Origin: Sphingomonas sp.
GTDB taxonomy: Bacteria > Pseudomonadota > Alphaproteobacteria > Sphingomonadales > Sphingomonadaceae
Strand: one strand, 5' to 3'
Assembly: GCF_041659925.1 (NCBI RefSeq)
Contig: NZ_JBAZXI010000012.1
DNA: 64,000 bases
Shown: piece by piece, positions 1 to 11,160 of the stretch
How positions within the stretch are numbered: the stretch's first letter is position 1
Layout: each line of letters begins with the position of its first letter
The notes under the pieces: generated by a model
What the model was told of the DNA's origin: nothing
The model's input: only the letters and a program-made list of their open reading frames with translations
Database searches by the model: none
Program-made: the position numbers and the translations under genes

Positions 1-2695
1 TCTCCTCGACATTGCTCATGTTGCGGAGCCGCTTGACCAGCGGTTCGCTGGGGAAGGGATAGAGCTGCTCGATGCGGACGACCGCGGTGTTCTTGTCGCC
101 GGCGGCATCGCGCGCCTCGAACAGGTCGTAGGCGACCTTGCCGGTGCACAGCACGAGCCGCTTCACAGCCTTGTCGGCCGGAGCCGAAGGGTCGGACAGG
201 ATGCGCATGAAGTGGCTGTCGCCCTGGAAGTCGGCGGCGGTCGACACGGCGAGCTTGTGGCGCAGCAGCGACTTGGGCGTGAAGACGATCAGCGGTTTGC
301 GGAACGGCCGGTGCATCTGGCGGCGCAGCAGGTGGAAATAGTTGGCCGGCGTGGTGCAGTTGGCGACCTGCATATTGTCCTGCGCGCAAAGTTGCAGGAA
401 ACGCTCGACGCGTGCCGAGCTATGCTCCGGCCCCTGCCCTTCATAGCCATGCGGCAGCAGCATCACCAGGCCGTTGGCGCGCAACCACTTGGCCTCGCCC
501 GAGGCGATGAACTGGTCGATCATGATCTGCGCGCCGTTCATGAAGTCGCCGAACTGCGCCTCCCACAGCACCAGGGTCTTGGGGTCGGCGAGCGCATAGC
601 CATATTCGAAGCCGAGCACGCCATATTCGCTCAAGGGGCTGTCGAGCACCTCGAAGCTGCCATGTTCGAGCTGGGCGAGCGGCAGATATTTATGCTCGTC
701 GGTCTGGTCGACCCACACCGCGTGGCGCTGCGAGAAGGTGCCGCGCCCCGAATCCTGCCCGGACAGACGAACGCCGTAACCTTCGAGCAACAGCGAGCCG
801 AATGCCAGCGCCTCGCCGGTCGCCCAGTCGAAGCCGTTGCCCGATTTGAACATCTCGCGCTTGGCGTCGATCACGCGGCTGAGCGTCTTGTGGATCTTGA
901 TGCTGCCGGGGACCGTGGTCAGCGTGCGACCGATCGATTCGAAACGCTTGGCCTCGATGCCGGTCTCGATGTTGCGGCGCGCGGTCTCGGGGTCGGCGGG
1001 GGCGTGGAGCCCCGACCAGCGTCCGGCGAACCAGTCGGCCTTGTTGGGCTTGTACGCCGCGCCGGCCTCGAACTCGCCTTCGAGCAGGCTGGTGAACTGC
1101 GCGATCGCGCCATCGATCCACGCGCGATCGACCACGCCCTGCTCGATCAGCCGCGCGCCATAGATCTCGCTGACCGGCGGGTGCTGGCGGATGCGATCAT
1201 ACATCAGCGGCTGGGTGAAGCTCGGCTCGTCGCCCTCGTTGTGGCCGAAGCGACGATAGCACCACATGTCGATGACGATGTCGCGGTGGAAGTGCTGGCG
1301 GAACTCGATCGCCATCTTGCAGGCGAAGGTCACCGCCTCGGGATCGTCGCCATTGACGTGGAAGATCGGCGCCTGGACGCCCTTCGCCACATCCGACGGA
1401 TAAGGCGAGGAGCGCGCGAATTGCGGGCTTGTCGTAAAGCCGATCTGGTTGTTGATGACGAAGTGGATGCAGCCACCGGTATTGTAGCCGCGGATGCCCG
1501 AAAAGCCGAGGCATTCCCAGACGATGCCCTGGCCGGCAAAGGCGGCGTCGCCATGGATCAGCACCGGCAGCGCGGTCTTGTGCTCACTGAGGTCGCCGGC
1601 GATCGTCTGGATCGCGCGGACCTTGCCGAGCACGACCGGGTCTTCGGCCTCGAGGTGCGAGGGGTTGGCGACCAGCGACATATGGACCTTGATCCCGTCG
1701 AACTCGCGATCGGTCGAGGTGCCGAGATGGTATTTGACGTCGCCCGAACCCGACACGTCATCGGGATTGTCCGAGCCGCCGCCGAATTCGTGGAAGATCA
1801 CGCGGAACGGCTTGGCCATGACGTTGGACAGCACGTTGAGCCGGCCGCGATGCGCCATGCCATAGACGATCTCGCGTACGCCGAACTGGCCGCCATATTT
1901 GATCACGCTTTCGAGCGCCGGGATCATGCTTTCGCCACCGTCGAGCCCGAAGCGCTTGGTGCCGACATATTTGCGGCCGCAGAATTTCTCCCACTGCTCG
2001 GCTTCGATCACCTTGTTGAGGATCGCCTTCTTGCCCTCGGGGCTGAACTGGATCGCCTTGTCCTTGCCCTCCATGCGCTCCTGCAGGAAGCGGCGCTCCT
2101 CGACATCGGCGATGTGCATATATTCGAGGCCGACATTGCCGCAGTAATTGGCGCGCAGGATATCGACGAGTTCGCGCACCGTCGCCCATTGCAGCCCCAT
2201 CGTACCGCCGAGATAGACCGGGCGATCGAGATCGGCGTCGGAAAAGCCGTGATATTCGGTCCTCAGGTCGGCCGGCATCTCGTGGCTCGACAGGCCGAGC
2301 GGATCGAGATTGGCGGCGAGGTGACCACGCACCCGATAGGTGCGGATCAGCATCATCGCGCGGATCGAATCATTGGCGGCGCGGATGATGTCGTCCTGCG
2401 ACGCCGGCGCGGCGGCGGCCGGCGCCGGCCTGGGCGCGCCACCCCTGGCGGCCTTGGGCGCGGGCTCCATCTGCGTCGGGTCGAGCGCCGCGGTGAGATC
2501 GTCGGTGGGGGTCGCCGGCCAGTTCGCCTGCTCCCAGCTCGGCCCGCTCGGCACGCCTTCGAGACCCTCGAACCAGCTGCGCCAGCCGGGCTCGACGCTG
2601 TCGGGCGAGGCGCGGAAGCGGGCATAGAGCGTTTCGATGAAGGCGGGGCTTACCCCGCCGGCGATCTCGTCGAAATCCTGGCCTTCGTAACCCAT
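1..2695 (-). CDS. sucA: 2-oxoglutarate dehydrogenase E1 component (3' end runs off window start)
   Basis: Minus frame from ATG 2695 (MGYEGQDFDEIAGG) reads RGHLAANLDPLG, KRFGLDGGES, GMAHRGRLNVL, GDVKYHLG, HGDAAFAGQG, WEAQFGDF, LPHGYEGQGPEHSSAR with no stop to base 1. Absent from the ORF track, presumably because the stop lies outside the window. Confidence 0.97.
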   Translation of the reverse strand, partial: MGYEGQDFDEIAGGVSPAFIETLYARFRASPDSVEPGWRSWFEGLEGVPSGPSWEQANWPATPTDDLTAALDPTQMEPAPKAARGGAPRPAPAAAAPASQDDIIRAANDSIRAMMLIRTYRVRGHLAANLDPLGLSSHEMPADLRTEYHGFSDADLDRPVYLGGTMGLQWATVRELVDILRANYCGNVGLEYMHIADVEERRFLQERMEGKDKAIQFSPEGKKAILNKVIEAEQWEKFCGRKYVGTKRFGLDGGESMIPALESVIKYGGQFGVREIVYGMAHRGRLNVLSNVMAKPFRVIFHEFGGGSDNPDDVSGSGDVKYHLGTSTDREFDGIKVHMSLVANPSHLEAEDPVVLGKVRAIQTIAGDLSEHKTALPVLIHGDAAFAGQGIVWECLGFSGIRGYNTGGCIHFVINNQIGFTTSPQFARSSPYPSDVAKGVQAPIFHVNGDDPEAVTFACKMAIEFRQHFHRDIVIDMWCYRRFGHNEGDEPSFTQPLMYDRIRQHPPVSEIYGARLIEQGVVDRAWIDGAIAQFTSLLEGEFEAGAAYKPNKADWFAGRWSGLHAPADPETARRNIETGIEAKRFESIGRTLTTVPGSIKIHKTLSRVIDAKREMFKSGNGFDWATGEALAFGSLLLEGYGVRLSGQDSGRGTFSQRHAVWVDQTDEHKYLPLAQLEHGSFEVLDSPLSEYGVLGFEYGYALADPKTLVLWEAQFGDFMNGAQIMIDQFIASGEAKWLRANGLVMLLPHGYEGQGPEHSSARVERFLQLCAQDNMQVANCTTPANYFHLLRRQMHRPFRKPLIVFTPKSLLRHKLAVSTAADFQGDSHFMRILSDPSAPADKAVKRLVLCTGKVAYDLFEARDAAGDKNTAVVRIEQLYPFPSEPLVKRLRNMSNVEE

Positions 2696-2710
2696 CGTCT
2701 TCTTCCTTCA

Positions 2711-2838
2711 TTCCCTCTCCCACTGGGAGAGGGAGGGGCCCGCCCGCGCAGCGGGTGGGAGGGTGAGGACAGGTAAGGTCGCCGCCCTCACCCTTCCGGC
2801 GCTTCGCGCCTCCCTCCCTCTCCCGCGGGGAGAGGGAA
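2711..2838. repeat. Palindromic intergenic repeat doublet (TTCCCTCTCCC-nnn-GGGAGAGGGA hairpins, inverted arms)
   Basis: Hairpins at 2711-2734 and about 2815-2838 with inverted internal arms GGGAGGGTGAGG / CCCTCACCCTTCC. A degenerate relative lies at 40581-40633. Confidence 0.8.
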
Positions 2839-2841
2839 TGT

Positions 2842-3726
2842 TTACCCGTTCAACACCGCCAACAGCGTGGTGCCGAGCTCGCTGGGCGAGTCCGCGACCT
2901 TGATCCCGGCGGCTTCCATCGCCGCGATCTTGTCCTCGGCGCCGCCCTGGCCGCCCGAGACGATCGCCCCGGCATGGCCCATGCGACGACCCGGAGGCGC
3001 GGTGCGACCCGCGATGAAACCGGCCATCGGCTTCTTGCGACCGCGCTTCGCCTCGTCGCGCAGGAACTGCGCCGCTTCCTCTTCCGCGGAGCCGCCGATC
3101 TCGCCGATCATGATGATCGACTTGGTCGCGTCATCGGCCAGGAACAGCTCGAGCACGTCGATGAAGTTGGTGCCGTTGACCGGATCGCCGCCGATGCCGA
3201 CCGCGGTGGTCTGGCCGAGCCCGGCGTTGGAGGTCTGGAACACGGCTTCATAGGTAAGCGTGCCCGAACGGCTGACAACCCCGACCGAGCCCTGCTTGAA
3301 GATGCTGCCCGGCATGATGCCGATCTTGCACTGGCCGGGGGTGAGGACACCGGGGCAGTTCGGGCCGATCAGCCGCGACTTGGAGCCCGACAGCGCGCGC
3401 TTGACCTTGACCATGTCGAGCACCGGAATGCCTTCGGTGATCGTGACGATCAGCGGCACCTCGGCATCGATCGCCTCGAGGATCGAATCCGCGGCGAAGG
3501 GCGGCGGGACGTAGATCACCGACGCGGTGGCACCGGTCTTGGCGACGGCCTCGGACACGGTGTCGAACACCGGCAGGCCGATATGCGTCGTGCCACCCTT
3601 GCCGGGCGTGACGCCGCCGACCATCTGCGTGCCGTACGCCAGCGCCTGCTGGGTATGGAAAGTGCCGGTTTCGCCGGTCATCCCCTGGGTGATGACCTTG
3701 GTGTTCTTGTCGACGAGGATGCTCAT
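2842..3726 (-). CDS. sucD: Succinyl-CoA synthetase alpha subunit
   Basis: [53 protein letters not shown]. Confidence 0.98.
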   Translation of the reverse strand: MSILVDKNTKVITQGMTGETGTFHTQQALAYGTQMVGGVTPGKGGTTHIGLPVFDTVSEAVAKTGATASVIYVPPPFAADSILEAIDAEVPLIVTITEGIPVLDMVKVKRALSGSKSRLIGPNCPGVLTPGQCKIGIMPGSIFKQGSVGVVSRSGTLTYEAVFQTSNAGLGQTTAVGIGGDPVNGTNFIDVLELFLADDATKSIIMIGEIGGSAEEEAAQFLRDEAKRGRKKPMAGFIAGRTAPPGRRMGHAGAIVSGGQGGAEDKIAAMEAAGIKVADSPSELGTTLLAVLNG

Positions 3727-3744
3727 CTATTCTCCGTCCTGCTC

Positions 3745-3776
3745 GTTCCCCGGCGAAGGCCGGGGCCCAGTTGGGA
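3745..3776 (+). repeat. REP-like inverted repeat, left copy
   Basis: GTTCCCCGGCGAAGGCCGGGGCCCAGTTGGGA, exact reverse complement of 4091-4122. Contains hairpin CCCCGGC-GAAG-GCCGGGG. Confidence 0.92.
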
Positions 3777-3788
3777 AAGCGGTCATGG

Positions 3789-4079
3789 TCACACGAGGCG
3801 ATATGAAAGGTCTTCCCATTCGGGATTGAGACCTTCGATCTCTCGCAGCTTCCAGGCTCGCTTCCACTCCTTCATCCGCAACTCGCGTTGCCGCGCATTC
3901 TCGATGCTGTCATGCGCCTCGAACCAGACGAGGGTGTGACAGCGATGTTTCTTCGTGAAGCCCTCGACCAGGTCGTTGCGATGCTCCCAGGCGCGTTTGG
4001 CGAGATCGCTCGTTACGCCCAGATAGATCGTTCCGTTTCTACCGCTCGCCATGATGTAGACGAAACCGGCCTTTTCCAC
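3789..4079 (-). CDS. Small GIY-YIG nuclease family protein
   Basis: FVYIMASGRNGTIYLGVTSDL, R-x-x-EH, EL-x-MKEWKRAWK-x-x-x-IE-x-x-NP-x-W-x-DL; 96 aa. Confidence 0.92.
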   Translation of the reverse strand: MEKAGFVYIMASGRNGTIYLGVTSDLAKRAWEHRNDLVEGFTKKHRCHTLVWFEAHDSIENARQRELRMKEWKRAWKLREIEGLNPEWEDLSYRLV

Positions 4080-4090
4080 GTCGAGGCTTC

Positions 4091-4122
4091 TCCCAACTGG
4101 GCCCCGGCCTTCGCCGGGGAAC
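4091..4122 (-). repeat. REP-like inverted repeat, right copy
   Basis: TCCCAACTGGGCCCCGGCCTTCGCCGGGGAAC, reverse complement of 3745-3776. Confidence 0.92.
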
Positions 4123-4133
4123 AGATAGTCAGA

Positions 4134-5165
<1,032 letters not shown>

Positions 5166-5215
5166 TTAGGCGGTTTGCCGTAGCGTCGCAAGACGTAAAG
5201 CCGGGCGCTTAATAT

Positions 5216-5542
5216 CTATCTTTGCAACTCATTCGCAAGTGCATTAAGCGTCGACGGATCGCTGGAATCGACATAGCGCCGCTCGCCACTGGCCGGATTG
5301 AACCAGACCGTGACGGGACGGCCCGTCTCGTCGTCGATGAAACGTTCGGGGGTTTCCTGCCAGCTGTCGCCCGCCGGGCGGCGCTGCGCGGCGCCGTAGC
5401 GCACACGCTCGAACGCGATGCCGAACAGCAGCACGCCGCTGGCGACGAGGCTGGGCCAGACGCCCGTATCGACCAGGGTGCCGGCCAATGCGCCGACAAA
5501 GGCGATCGCCGCGACGATGAGGACGATCGTGCGCAGGATCAT
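5216..5542 (-). CDS. Small membrane protein, unknown function
   Basis: MILRTIVLIVAAIAFVG with two hydrophobic segments then ETPERFIDDETGRPVTVWFNPASGERRYV. ATGA overlap with upstream YbjQ gene. Confidence 0.75.
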   Translation of the reverse strand: MILRTIVLIVAAIAFVGALAGTLVDTGVWPSLVASGVLLFGIAFERVRYGAAQRRPAGDSWQETPERFIDDETGRPVTVWFNPASGERRYVDSSDPSTLNALANELQR

Positions 5543-5865
5543 GCCGGCACCGGATCGAGAATGACCGCCGTGCCATAAGCGACGACCTCGTTCATCGACC
5601 GGGCGAGTTCGCCCGAATCGAAGCGCATCATGACCACGGCATTGGCCCCCATCAGCGCGGCATTGGCGACGAGCCGGTCGATCGCGTGGCGCCGGGCATC
5701 CTCGACGAGGCGCGAATATTCGGGAATCTCGCCGCCGACCAGCGAGCGCAGCCCGGCCGTGATGTTGCCGCCCAGCCCGCGACTGCGCACGACGACGCCG
5801 AACACCTGGCCGAGCACCGCCCTGACCTGGTGGCCGGGAACATTTTCGGTGGTGACGACGAGCAT
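5539..5865 (-). CDS. YbjQ / UPF0145 family protein
   Basis: MLVVTTENVPG, GLRSLVGGEI, A-x-x-x-GANAVV, EVVAYGTAV. Confidence 0.9.
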   Translation of the reverse strand: MLVVTTENVPGHQVRAVLGQVFGVVVRSRGLGGNITAGLRSLVGGEIPEYSRLVEDARRHAIDRLVANAALMGANAVVMMRFDSGELARSMNEVVAYGTAVILDPVPA

Positions 5866-5989
5866 GGGCAGTCTCCCCTGGTCCGGACGGCCTTAGCCCT
5901 TTTCCGGCGCGAAGGCACGCCATCTCGATACGCAGGCGGACACGCGCCGCGACCGTGGCGCCCCGCGCCGACCGGCAGCGCCGTCGCGT

Positions 5990-7102
5990 TCAGCCGCCGC
6001 CATGCCCCGCGTCGAGATAATCGGCCGAGCGCATCTCCTCCAGCCGGCTGACGGTGCGCTCGAACTCGAAGCGGCCATCGCCCTTTTCATAGAGCGCAGC
6101 GGGCTCGGCATCGGCGGCGGCGAGCAGCTTGACCTTCTGTTCGTAGAGCGCGTCGATCAGCGCGACGAAGCGCGCCGCCTCATTGCGGTTCTCCGGCCCC
6201 AGCCGGGGAATCCCGACCAGGATGACGGTGTGATAGCGCCGCGCGACGGCGAGATAGTCGGCCGCGCCGCGCGCTTCGCCGCACAGCTTCTTGAACGCGA
6301 AGACCGCGACGCCCTTGAGGCTCTTGGGCACGTGCAGCGTGCGCCCGCCCTGCACCGGAATATCCTCGGCCGGGACATGCGCGCGATCCTCGGGCGGATA
6401 GTCGGTCAGGCGGAAGAAGGCGGCGGACAGCTCCGCGGTCGCCGCGGCACCATTGGGCACGAGCCAGGTCTCCTGCTGGCCGAGCCGGTCGCGACGATAA
6501 TCGACCGGGCCGTTGAGCGGCAACACGTCGAGCCGATTCTGCAGCAGGCCGATGAACGGCAGGAAATGCTCGCGATTGAGCCCGTCCTTGTAAAGATCGA
6601 ACGGCGCGCGATTGGAGGTGGTGACGATGGTGACGCCGGCCTCGATCAACGCCGTGAACAGCCGCGACAGGATCATCGCGTCGGGCGAGTTGGTCACCAT
6701 CATCTCGTCGAAGGCGAGCAGCCGCGCCTCCTCGGCGAGCGCGGTGGCGACGGGGAGGATCGGGTCGCCGGTCTCCTTGCGCCGCTCGGCGGCGATGCGC
6801 TGATGCACCTCCAGCATGAATTCGGCGAAGTGGACGCGGCGCTTGCGGCGGATGTCGAGGCAGCTGAAGAACAGGTCCATCAGCATCGACTTGCCGCGCC
6901 CGACGCCGCCCCACAGATAGACGCCGCGCGGCGCCTCGGGCTTGCGGCCGAGCGCGCGCCACAGGGTACTGCCGCGTTTCGGTGTCGCTTCGAGCGCGGT
7001 GGCGAGCGCGGCGAGGCGGTGGGCGGCGGCGGCCTGTTCGGGGTCGGGGCGAAGTTCGCCGGCGGCGACGAGCGCGTCGTAACGCGCAATCAGTCCGGTC
7101 AT
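5990..7102 (-). CDS. zapE: AFG1/ZapE family ATPase
   Basis: GVYLWGGVGRGKSMLMDLF (Walker A), LLAFDEM, TSNRAP, RFVALIDALYE, FERTVSRL. Confidence 0.93.
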   Translation of the reverse strand: MTGLIARYDALVAAGELRPDPEQAAAAHRLAALATALEATPKRGSTLWRALGRKPEAPRGVYLWGGVGRGKSMLMDLFFSCLDIRRKRRVHFAEFMLEVHQRIAAERRKETGDPILPVATALAEEARLLAFDEMMVTNSPDAMILSRLFTALIEAGVTIVTTSNRAPFDLYKDGLNREHFLPFIGLLQNRLDVLPLNGPVDYRRDRLGQQETWLVPNGAAATAELSAAFFRLTDYPPEDRAHVPAEDIPVQGGRTLHVPKSLKGVAVFAFKKLCGEARGAADYLAVARRYHTVILVGIPRLGPENRNEAARFVALIDALYEQKVKLLAAADAEPAALYEKGDGRFEFERTVSRLEEMRSADYLDAGHGGG

Positions 7103-7569
7103 GCCGACTCCGGCGGCGGCGAGGATTTGCGCAGGGTGCCGGTGAAGCTGGCGATGGTCGGCTTGCCCTCCTGCACGATCAGCCCGCGCAGGAAGAGCAT
7201 CCGCGTCGTCTCGCGCAGCAGTTCGATCCGCGCCTCGAGCGGTTCGCCGATCGCAGCACCACCGATGAACTGCGCCGACAGATCGAGCGTGACCGCGCCG
7301 CCGGCGACCAGCACGCCGAGCCCGCGCGCACCGGCGAACAGCGCGACATCCATGAAGCCGAGCAGCGCGCCGCCATGCACGTCGTTGCGCATGTTGCTAT
7401 GCTCGTGGCGCGGCATCATGCGGACGCGCGCCTGCCCATTCTCGACCCTGACCAGCAGCGGCTCGAGAAAGGCGTTGAAACGCGTCGAGTCGCGGAACTG
7501 CCAGCGTTTCCAGCCGGGTGAATCCGGATCGTCCTCGTAAATGAAGAAGCGGTTCGCCGCGTCGTCCAA
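7099..7569 (-). CDS. PaaI family thioesterase (hotdog fold)
   Basis: HSNMRNDVHGGALLGFMDVAL, VTLDLSAQF. Overlaps zapE start by 4 nt. Confidence 0.85.
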   Translation of the reverse strand: MDDAANRFFIYEDDPDSPGWKRWQFRDSTRFNAFLEPLLVRVENGQARVRMMPRHEHSNMRNDVHGGALLGFMDVALFAGARGLGVLVAGGAVTLDLSAQFIGGAAIGEPLEARIELLRETTRMLFLRGLIVQEGKPTIASFTGTLRKSSPPPESA

Positions 7570-7582
7570 CGAACAAACTTCC

Positions 7583-8365
7583 TTACAGGACGCGCTCGAC
7601 CTCGAGCTTCTTGATCTCGGCGATCGCCTTGGCCGGGTTGAGGCCCTTGGGGCAGCTGTTCGCGCAATTCATGATCGTGTGGCAGCGATAGAGGCGGAAA
7701 GGATCTTCCAGCTCGTCGAGTCGCTCGCCGGTCATCTCGTCGCGGCTGTCGGCGAGCCAGCGATAGGCCTGCAACAGGATCGCCGGACCGAGGAACTTGT
7801 CGCTGTTCCACCAATAGCTCGGGCACGAGGTCGAGCAGCAGGCGCACAGGATGCACTCGTACAGGCCGTCGAGCTTCTCGCGGTCTTCCGGCGACTGCAG
7901 CCGCTCCTTGCCCGCGGGCGGCGGCGTGACGGTCTGCAGCCACGGCTTGATCGAGGCATATTGCGCGTAGAAATGGGTGAAGTCGGGGACGAGGTCCTTG
8001 ATCACCTCCATGTGCGGCAGCGGGGTGATCGTGACGTCGCCCTTGATGTCCTCGATCGCGGTGGTGCAGGCGAGGCCGTTCTTGCCGTCCATGTTCATCG
8101 AGCACGAGCCGCAAATGCCCTCGCGGCACGAGCGGCGGAAGGTCAGCGACGAATCCTGCTCGGACTTCATCTTGATCAGCGCGTCGAGCACCATCGGGCC
8201 GCAGGTGTCGAGATCGACCTCGAAGCGGTCGTAGCGCGGGTTCGCGCCGCTGTCGGGATCGTAGCGATAGACCTTGAAGGTCCGGACGTTCGTCGCGCCA
8301 TCCGCGGCCTTGTGCACCTGACCCTTGGTGGGAACGCTGTTCTTGGGAAGCGAGAATTCAGCCAT
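7583..8365 (-). CDS. sdhB: Succinate dehydrogenase iron-sulfur subunit
   Basis: [47 protein letters not shown]. Start placed at ATG 8365. Confidence 0.97.
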   Translation of the reverse strand: MAEFSLPKNSVPTKGQVHKAADGATNVRTFKVYRYDPDSGANPRYDRFEVDLDTCGPMVLDALIKMKSEQDSSLTFRRSCREGICGSCSMNMDGKNGLACTTAIEDIKGDVTITPLPHMEVIKDLVPDFTHFYAQYASIKPWLQTVTPPPAGKERLQSPEDREKLDGLYECILCACCSTSCPSYWWNSDKFLGPAILLQAYRWLADSRDEMTGERLDELEDPFRLYRCHTIMNCANSCPKGLNPAKAIAEIKKLEVERVL

Positions 8366-8466
8366 TGCGCGGAAAGTCCCTTGAGATGGATGGCGTGGGC
8401 GCGGTTTGCGGCTATGCCTTTCGCAGGCGCAGCGCAACCCCGTAGCGGCGCTCAATGGAGCGAAGC

Positions 8467-9615
8467 ATGAAGGCGAGCGCCTGTCGCAATGTCGACGACT
8501 TCCGCGAACTGGCGCGGCGGCGGCTGCCCTGGCCGGTATTCCACTATATCGACGGCGCCGCCGATGACGAGCTGACCAAGGCGCGCAACACGGCGGCATT
8601 CGACGACTGCGACCTCGTGCCGAGCGTGCTCGCCGGGGTCGAGACGATCGACATGTCGGTCACGGTGATGGGCAAGAAGGTGGCGATGCCGCTGTTTCTC
8701 TCGCCGACCGCGCTGCAACGGCTGTTCCACTGGCGCGGCGAGCGCGCGGTCGGCGCGGCGGCGATGAAATTCGACACCTGGTTCGGTATTTCGAGTCTCG
8801 CCACGGTCAGCATCGAGGAAATCGGCCGCACGGTGACCAGCCCCAAGCTGTTCCAGCTCTACGTCCACAAGGACAAGGGACTGAACCGCTCGATGATCGA
8901 GCGGTGCAAGGCGGCGAAGTTCGACGCCATCGCGCTGACCGTCGACACGATCGTCAGCGGCAATCGCGAGCGCTGCCGGCAGACCGGGTTCAGCTCGCCG
9001 CCCAAGCTCACGCCGCGCTCGGCGGTGAGCTTCGCGGCGCACCCCGGCTGGACGCTCGACTATCTGTTCCGCGAAAAATTCGCGCTGCCCAATCTCGACA
9101 CGCATGTCGATGCCGGCACCAAGATGTCGGTCTCGGTGGCGGAATATTTCAACACCATGCTCGACCAGTCGATGGACTGGAAGGCGGCCGAGGCGATTCG
9201 CGCCGAGTGGGGCGGCGCCTTCTGCCTCAAGGGCATCATGTCGGTCGAGGATGCGCGGCGCGCGGTCGATATCGGCGCGACGGCGATCATGGTGTCGAAC
9301 CATGGCGGGCGCCAGCTCGACGGCAGCCGTGCGCCGTTCGACCAGCTCGCCGAGATCGTCGACGCGGTCGGCGGCCGGATCGAGGTGATCTGCGATGGCG
9401 GCGTGCGGCGCGGCACGCATGTGCTGAAGGCGCTGTCGGTCGGCGCGACGGCCTGTTCGGGCGGGCGGATGTATCTCTATGCGCTGGCGGCGGCCGGGCA
9501 ACTCGGCGTCGAGACCGCGCTGGGCAATCTGCGCGCCGAAATCGAGCGCGGGATGAAGCTGATGGGGGTAACGTCGGTCGGGCAGCTGGGGCGGGATAAT
9601 CTGCGCTGGCGGTGA
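8467..9615 (+). CDS. FMN-dependent alpha-hydroxy acid dehydrogenase/oxidase (LldD-like)
   Basis: [38 protein letters not shown]. Confidence 0.9.
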   Translation: MKASACRNVDDFRELARRRLPWPVFHYIDGAADDELTKARNTAAFDDCDLVPSVLAGVETIDMSVTVMGKKVAMPLFLSPTALQRLFHWRGERAVGAAAMKFDTWFGISSLATVSIEEIGRTVTSPKLFQLYVHKDKGLNRSMIERCKAAKFDAIALTVDTIVSGNRERCRQTGFSSPPKLTPRSAVSFAAHPGWTLDYLFREKFALPNLDTHVDAGTKMSVSVAEYFNTMLDQSMDWKAAEAIRAEWGGAFCLKGIMSVEDARRAVDIGATAIMVSNHGGRQLDGSRAPFDQLAEIVDAVGGRIEVICDGGVRRGTHVLKALSVGATACSGGRMYLYALAAAGQLGVETALGNLRAEIERGMKLMGVTSVGQLGRDNLRWR

Positions 9616-9621
9616 CCTGCC

Positions 9622-9708
9622 TTACCGTTCGCCCTGAGCCTGTCGAAGGGCCGTTCTTCTGTGCGCGGAAGAAGGACGGTGCTTCGACAGGCTCAGCACG
9701 AACGGTAA
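9622..9708. repeat. Long imperfect inverted repeat (REP/MITE-like) between convergent genes; possible bidirectional terminator
   Basis: TTACCGTTCGCCCTGAGCCTGTCGAAG pairs with CTTCGACAGGCTCAGCACGAACGGTAA. Confidence 0.8.
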
Positions 9709-9711
9709 AGG

Positions 9712-11073
9712 TCAGCCCAGCCGCCGCGCGCCCCAGTCCAGCCCGCGGGTCAGGTACATCACCGCCGCCAGCGCCGCGAACAGCAGCAGCGATCCGATCA
9801 GCAGCGAATAGGCTTCGAGGCTGAGCAGCACGAACAGCGCGGCGTAGAGGCCGGCGAGCAGCCCGGCGATATAGCCGCCGCGTCGCCAGCTGCCGAGCAC
9901 CGCCGCCGAATAGGCCGCGAGCAGCCCGATGATCGCGCCCGCCGCGACGACATAGGCCGGCGAGAAGCCGATCACCTCGGCAAAGGCGAGCAGCATCACG
10001 AAGAACAGGATCAGCCCCGCGCCGACCAGCAGATATTCGATCGCCGAGACGCGCACCCCGCCGATCACGTCGAACATCAAAAAGGCGGTGAAGGTGAAGC
10101 CGATGAACAGGAAGCCGTATTTCACCGAGCGGTTGACCTGGTCGTAGAGGTCGACCGGCGTCACCAGCCCGACCGTCGCGCGCGACGCGGCGTCGCCGCC
10201 GAGCTCGGTCGCGCGGCTGTCGTCGTCGATCGAGGTCAGCGCCTTGCCGAGCGCGAGGTTGCCGCGCCGCCAGCTGGCGGTGAAACCCTGCGCCCCGACA
10301 TGGCGCTCGTCGGGCAGGAATTCGCCCTGGAAACTCGGCGAGGGCCACGGGCTGCTGACCGTCCAGTGGGTATCGCCGCCGCCCGGAATCAGCGTCAGCG
10401 AGCCATTGCCGCGCAACATATAGTCATAATGCGACACGAGCGGTCCGCGCGCCAGCGCGCCGGCATCGACAAAGGCGTGGAAGCCCTCGCCGCCGGTGTC
10501 GCGCGTGCCCTTGCCGGGCTTGAGCGGCAGCTTCTGCCCGGCAAAGGTCACCGCCGGCGGCGTGCCGAACAGGCCGTGCGCGTCGCCGATGCCGAAACGC
10601 AGTTCCGCCCGGTCGAGCTGGAGCGCGTCGCGCGGGATGCCGAGCCGGTCGAGATCGTCGGGCAATGCGAAGCGCGAGTCGCCGACATTGTGCGCCTCGT
10701 AGACCACCGCGTCATAGATCGAATAATGCCGATGATCGGGGTGCAGGTCGGAATGCATCGTCGCGGCCTGCGGCTGGAGCGTGAGCTGATGGTGGCTCGT
10801 GCTGGTCTTCTGCACCTGCTTGCCATCCTGCTCGACCGTCTCGGTGCTGGTGGTGGTGTAGGGAATGACCAGCACCGGCCCGGCGATCACCTGCGCGCCG
10901 CCCCAGCCCTGCACGATCGAGGCGCGCGCCTGGGTCGACTGGGTCGATCGGTCGTAGACCAGCAGGTAGATGGCGAACAGCGGCACGGCGAGCAGCGCCC
11001 CGATCAGGATCGCGAACAGCAGTTTTTGCCCCGGCGGGCGCTCGGGCCTGGCGTCTTCGCTCGTGTCGGTCAT
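9712..11073 (-). CDS. creD: Inner membrane protein CreD
   Basis: Q-x-x-AGPVLVIPY, YDAVVY, PSPSFQGEFLP, F-x-ASW, VDLYDQVNRSVKYGFLFI, LLSLEAYSLLIGS. Confidence 0.92.
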   Translation of the reverse strand: MTDTSEDARPERPPGQKLLFAILIGALLAVPLFAIYLLVYDRSTQSTQARASIVQGWGGAQVIAGPVLVIPYTTTSTETVEQDGKQVQKTSTSHHQLTLQPQAATMHSDLHPDHRHYSIYDAVVYEAHNVGDSRFALPDDLDRLGIPRDALQLDRAELRFGIGDAHGLFGTPPAVTFAGQKLPLKPGKGTRDTGGEGFHAFVDAGALARGPLVSHYDYMLRGNGSLTLIPGGGDTHWTVSSPWPSPSFQGEFLPDERHVGAQGFTASWRRGNLALGKALTSIDDDSRATELGGDAASRATVGLVTPVDLYDQVNRSVKYGFLFIGFTFTAFLMFDVIGGVRVSAIEYLLVGAGLILFFVMLLAFAEVIGFSPAYVVAAGAIIGLLAAYSAAVLGSWRRGGYIAGLLAGLYAALFVLLSLEAYSLLIGSLLLFAALAAVMYLTRGLDWGARRLG

Positions 11074-11160
11074 CGGTCACCTCCCATGGTTGAACGGGAG
11101 CGATGCTAGGCGTGCGAGGCGCGTCGGCGCCAAAGGTGGTACGGCGAATTGCCCGTGCAG

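Noticed and set aside
212-2776. 854-aa plus-strand ORF
   Set aside because: Antisense shadow of sucA; stop-free because of GC-rich codon bias; no coherent motifs.
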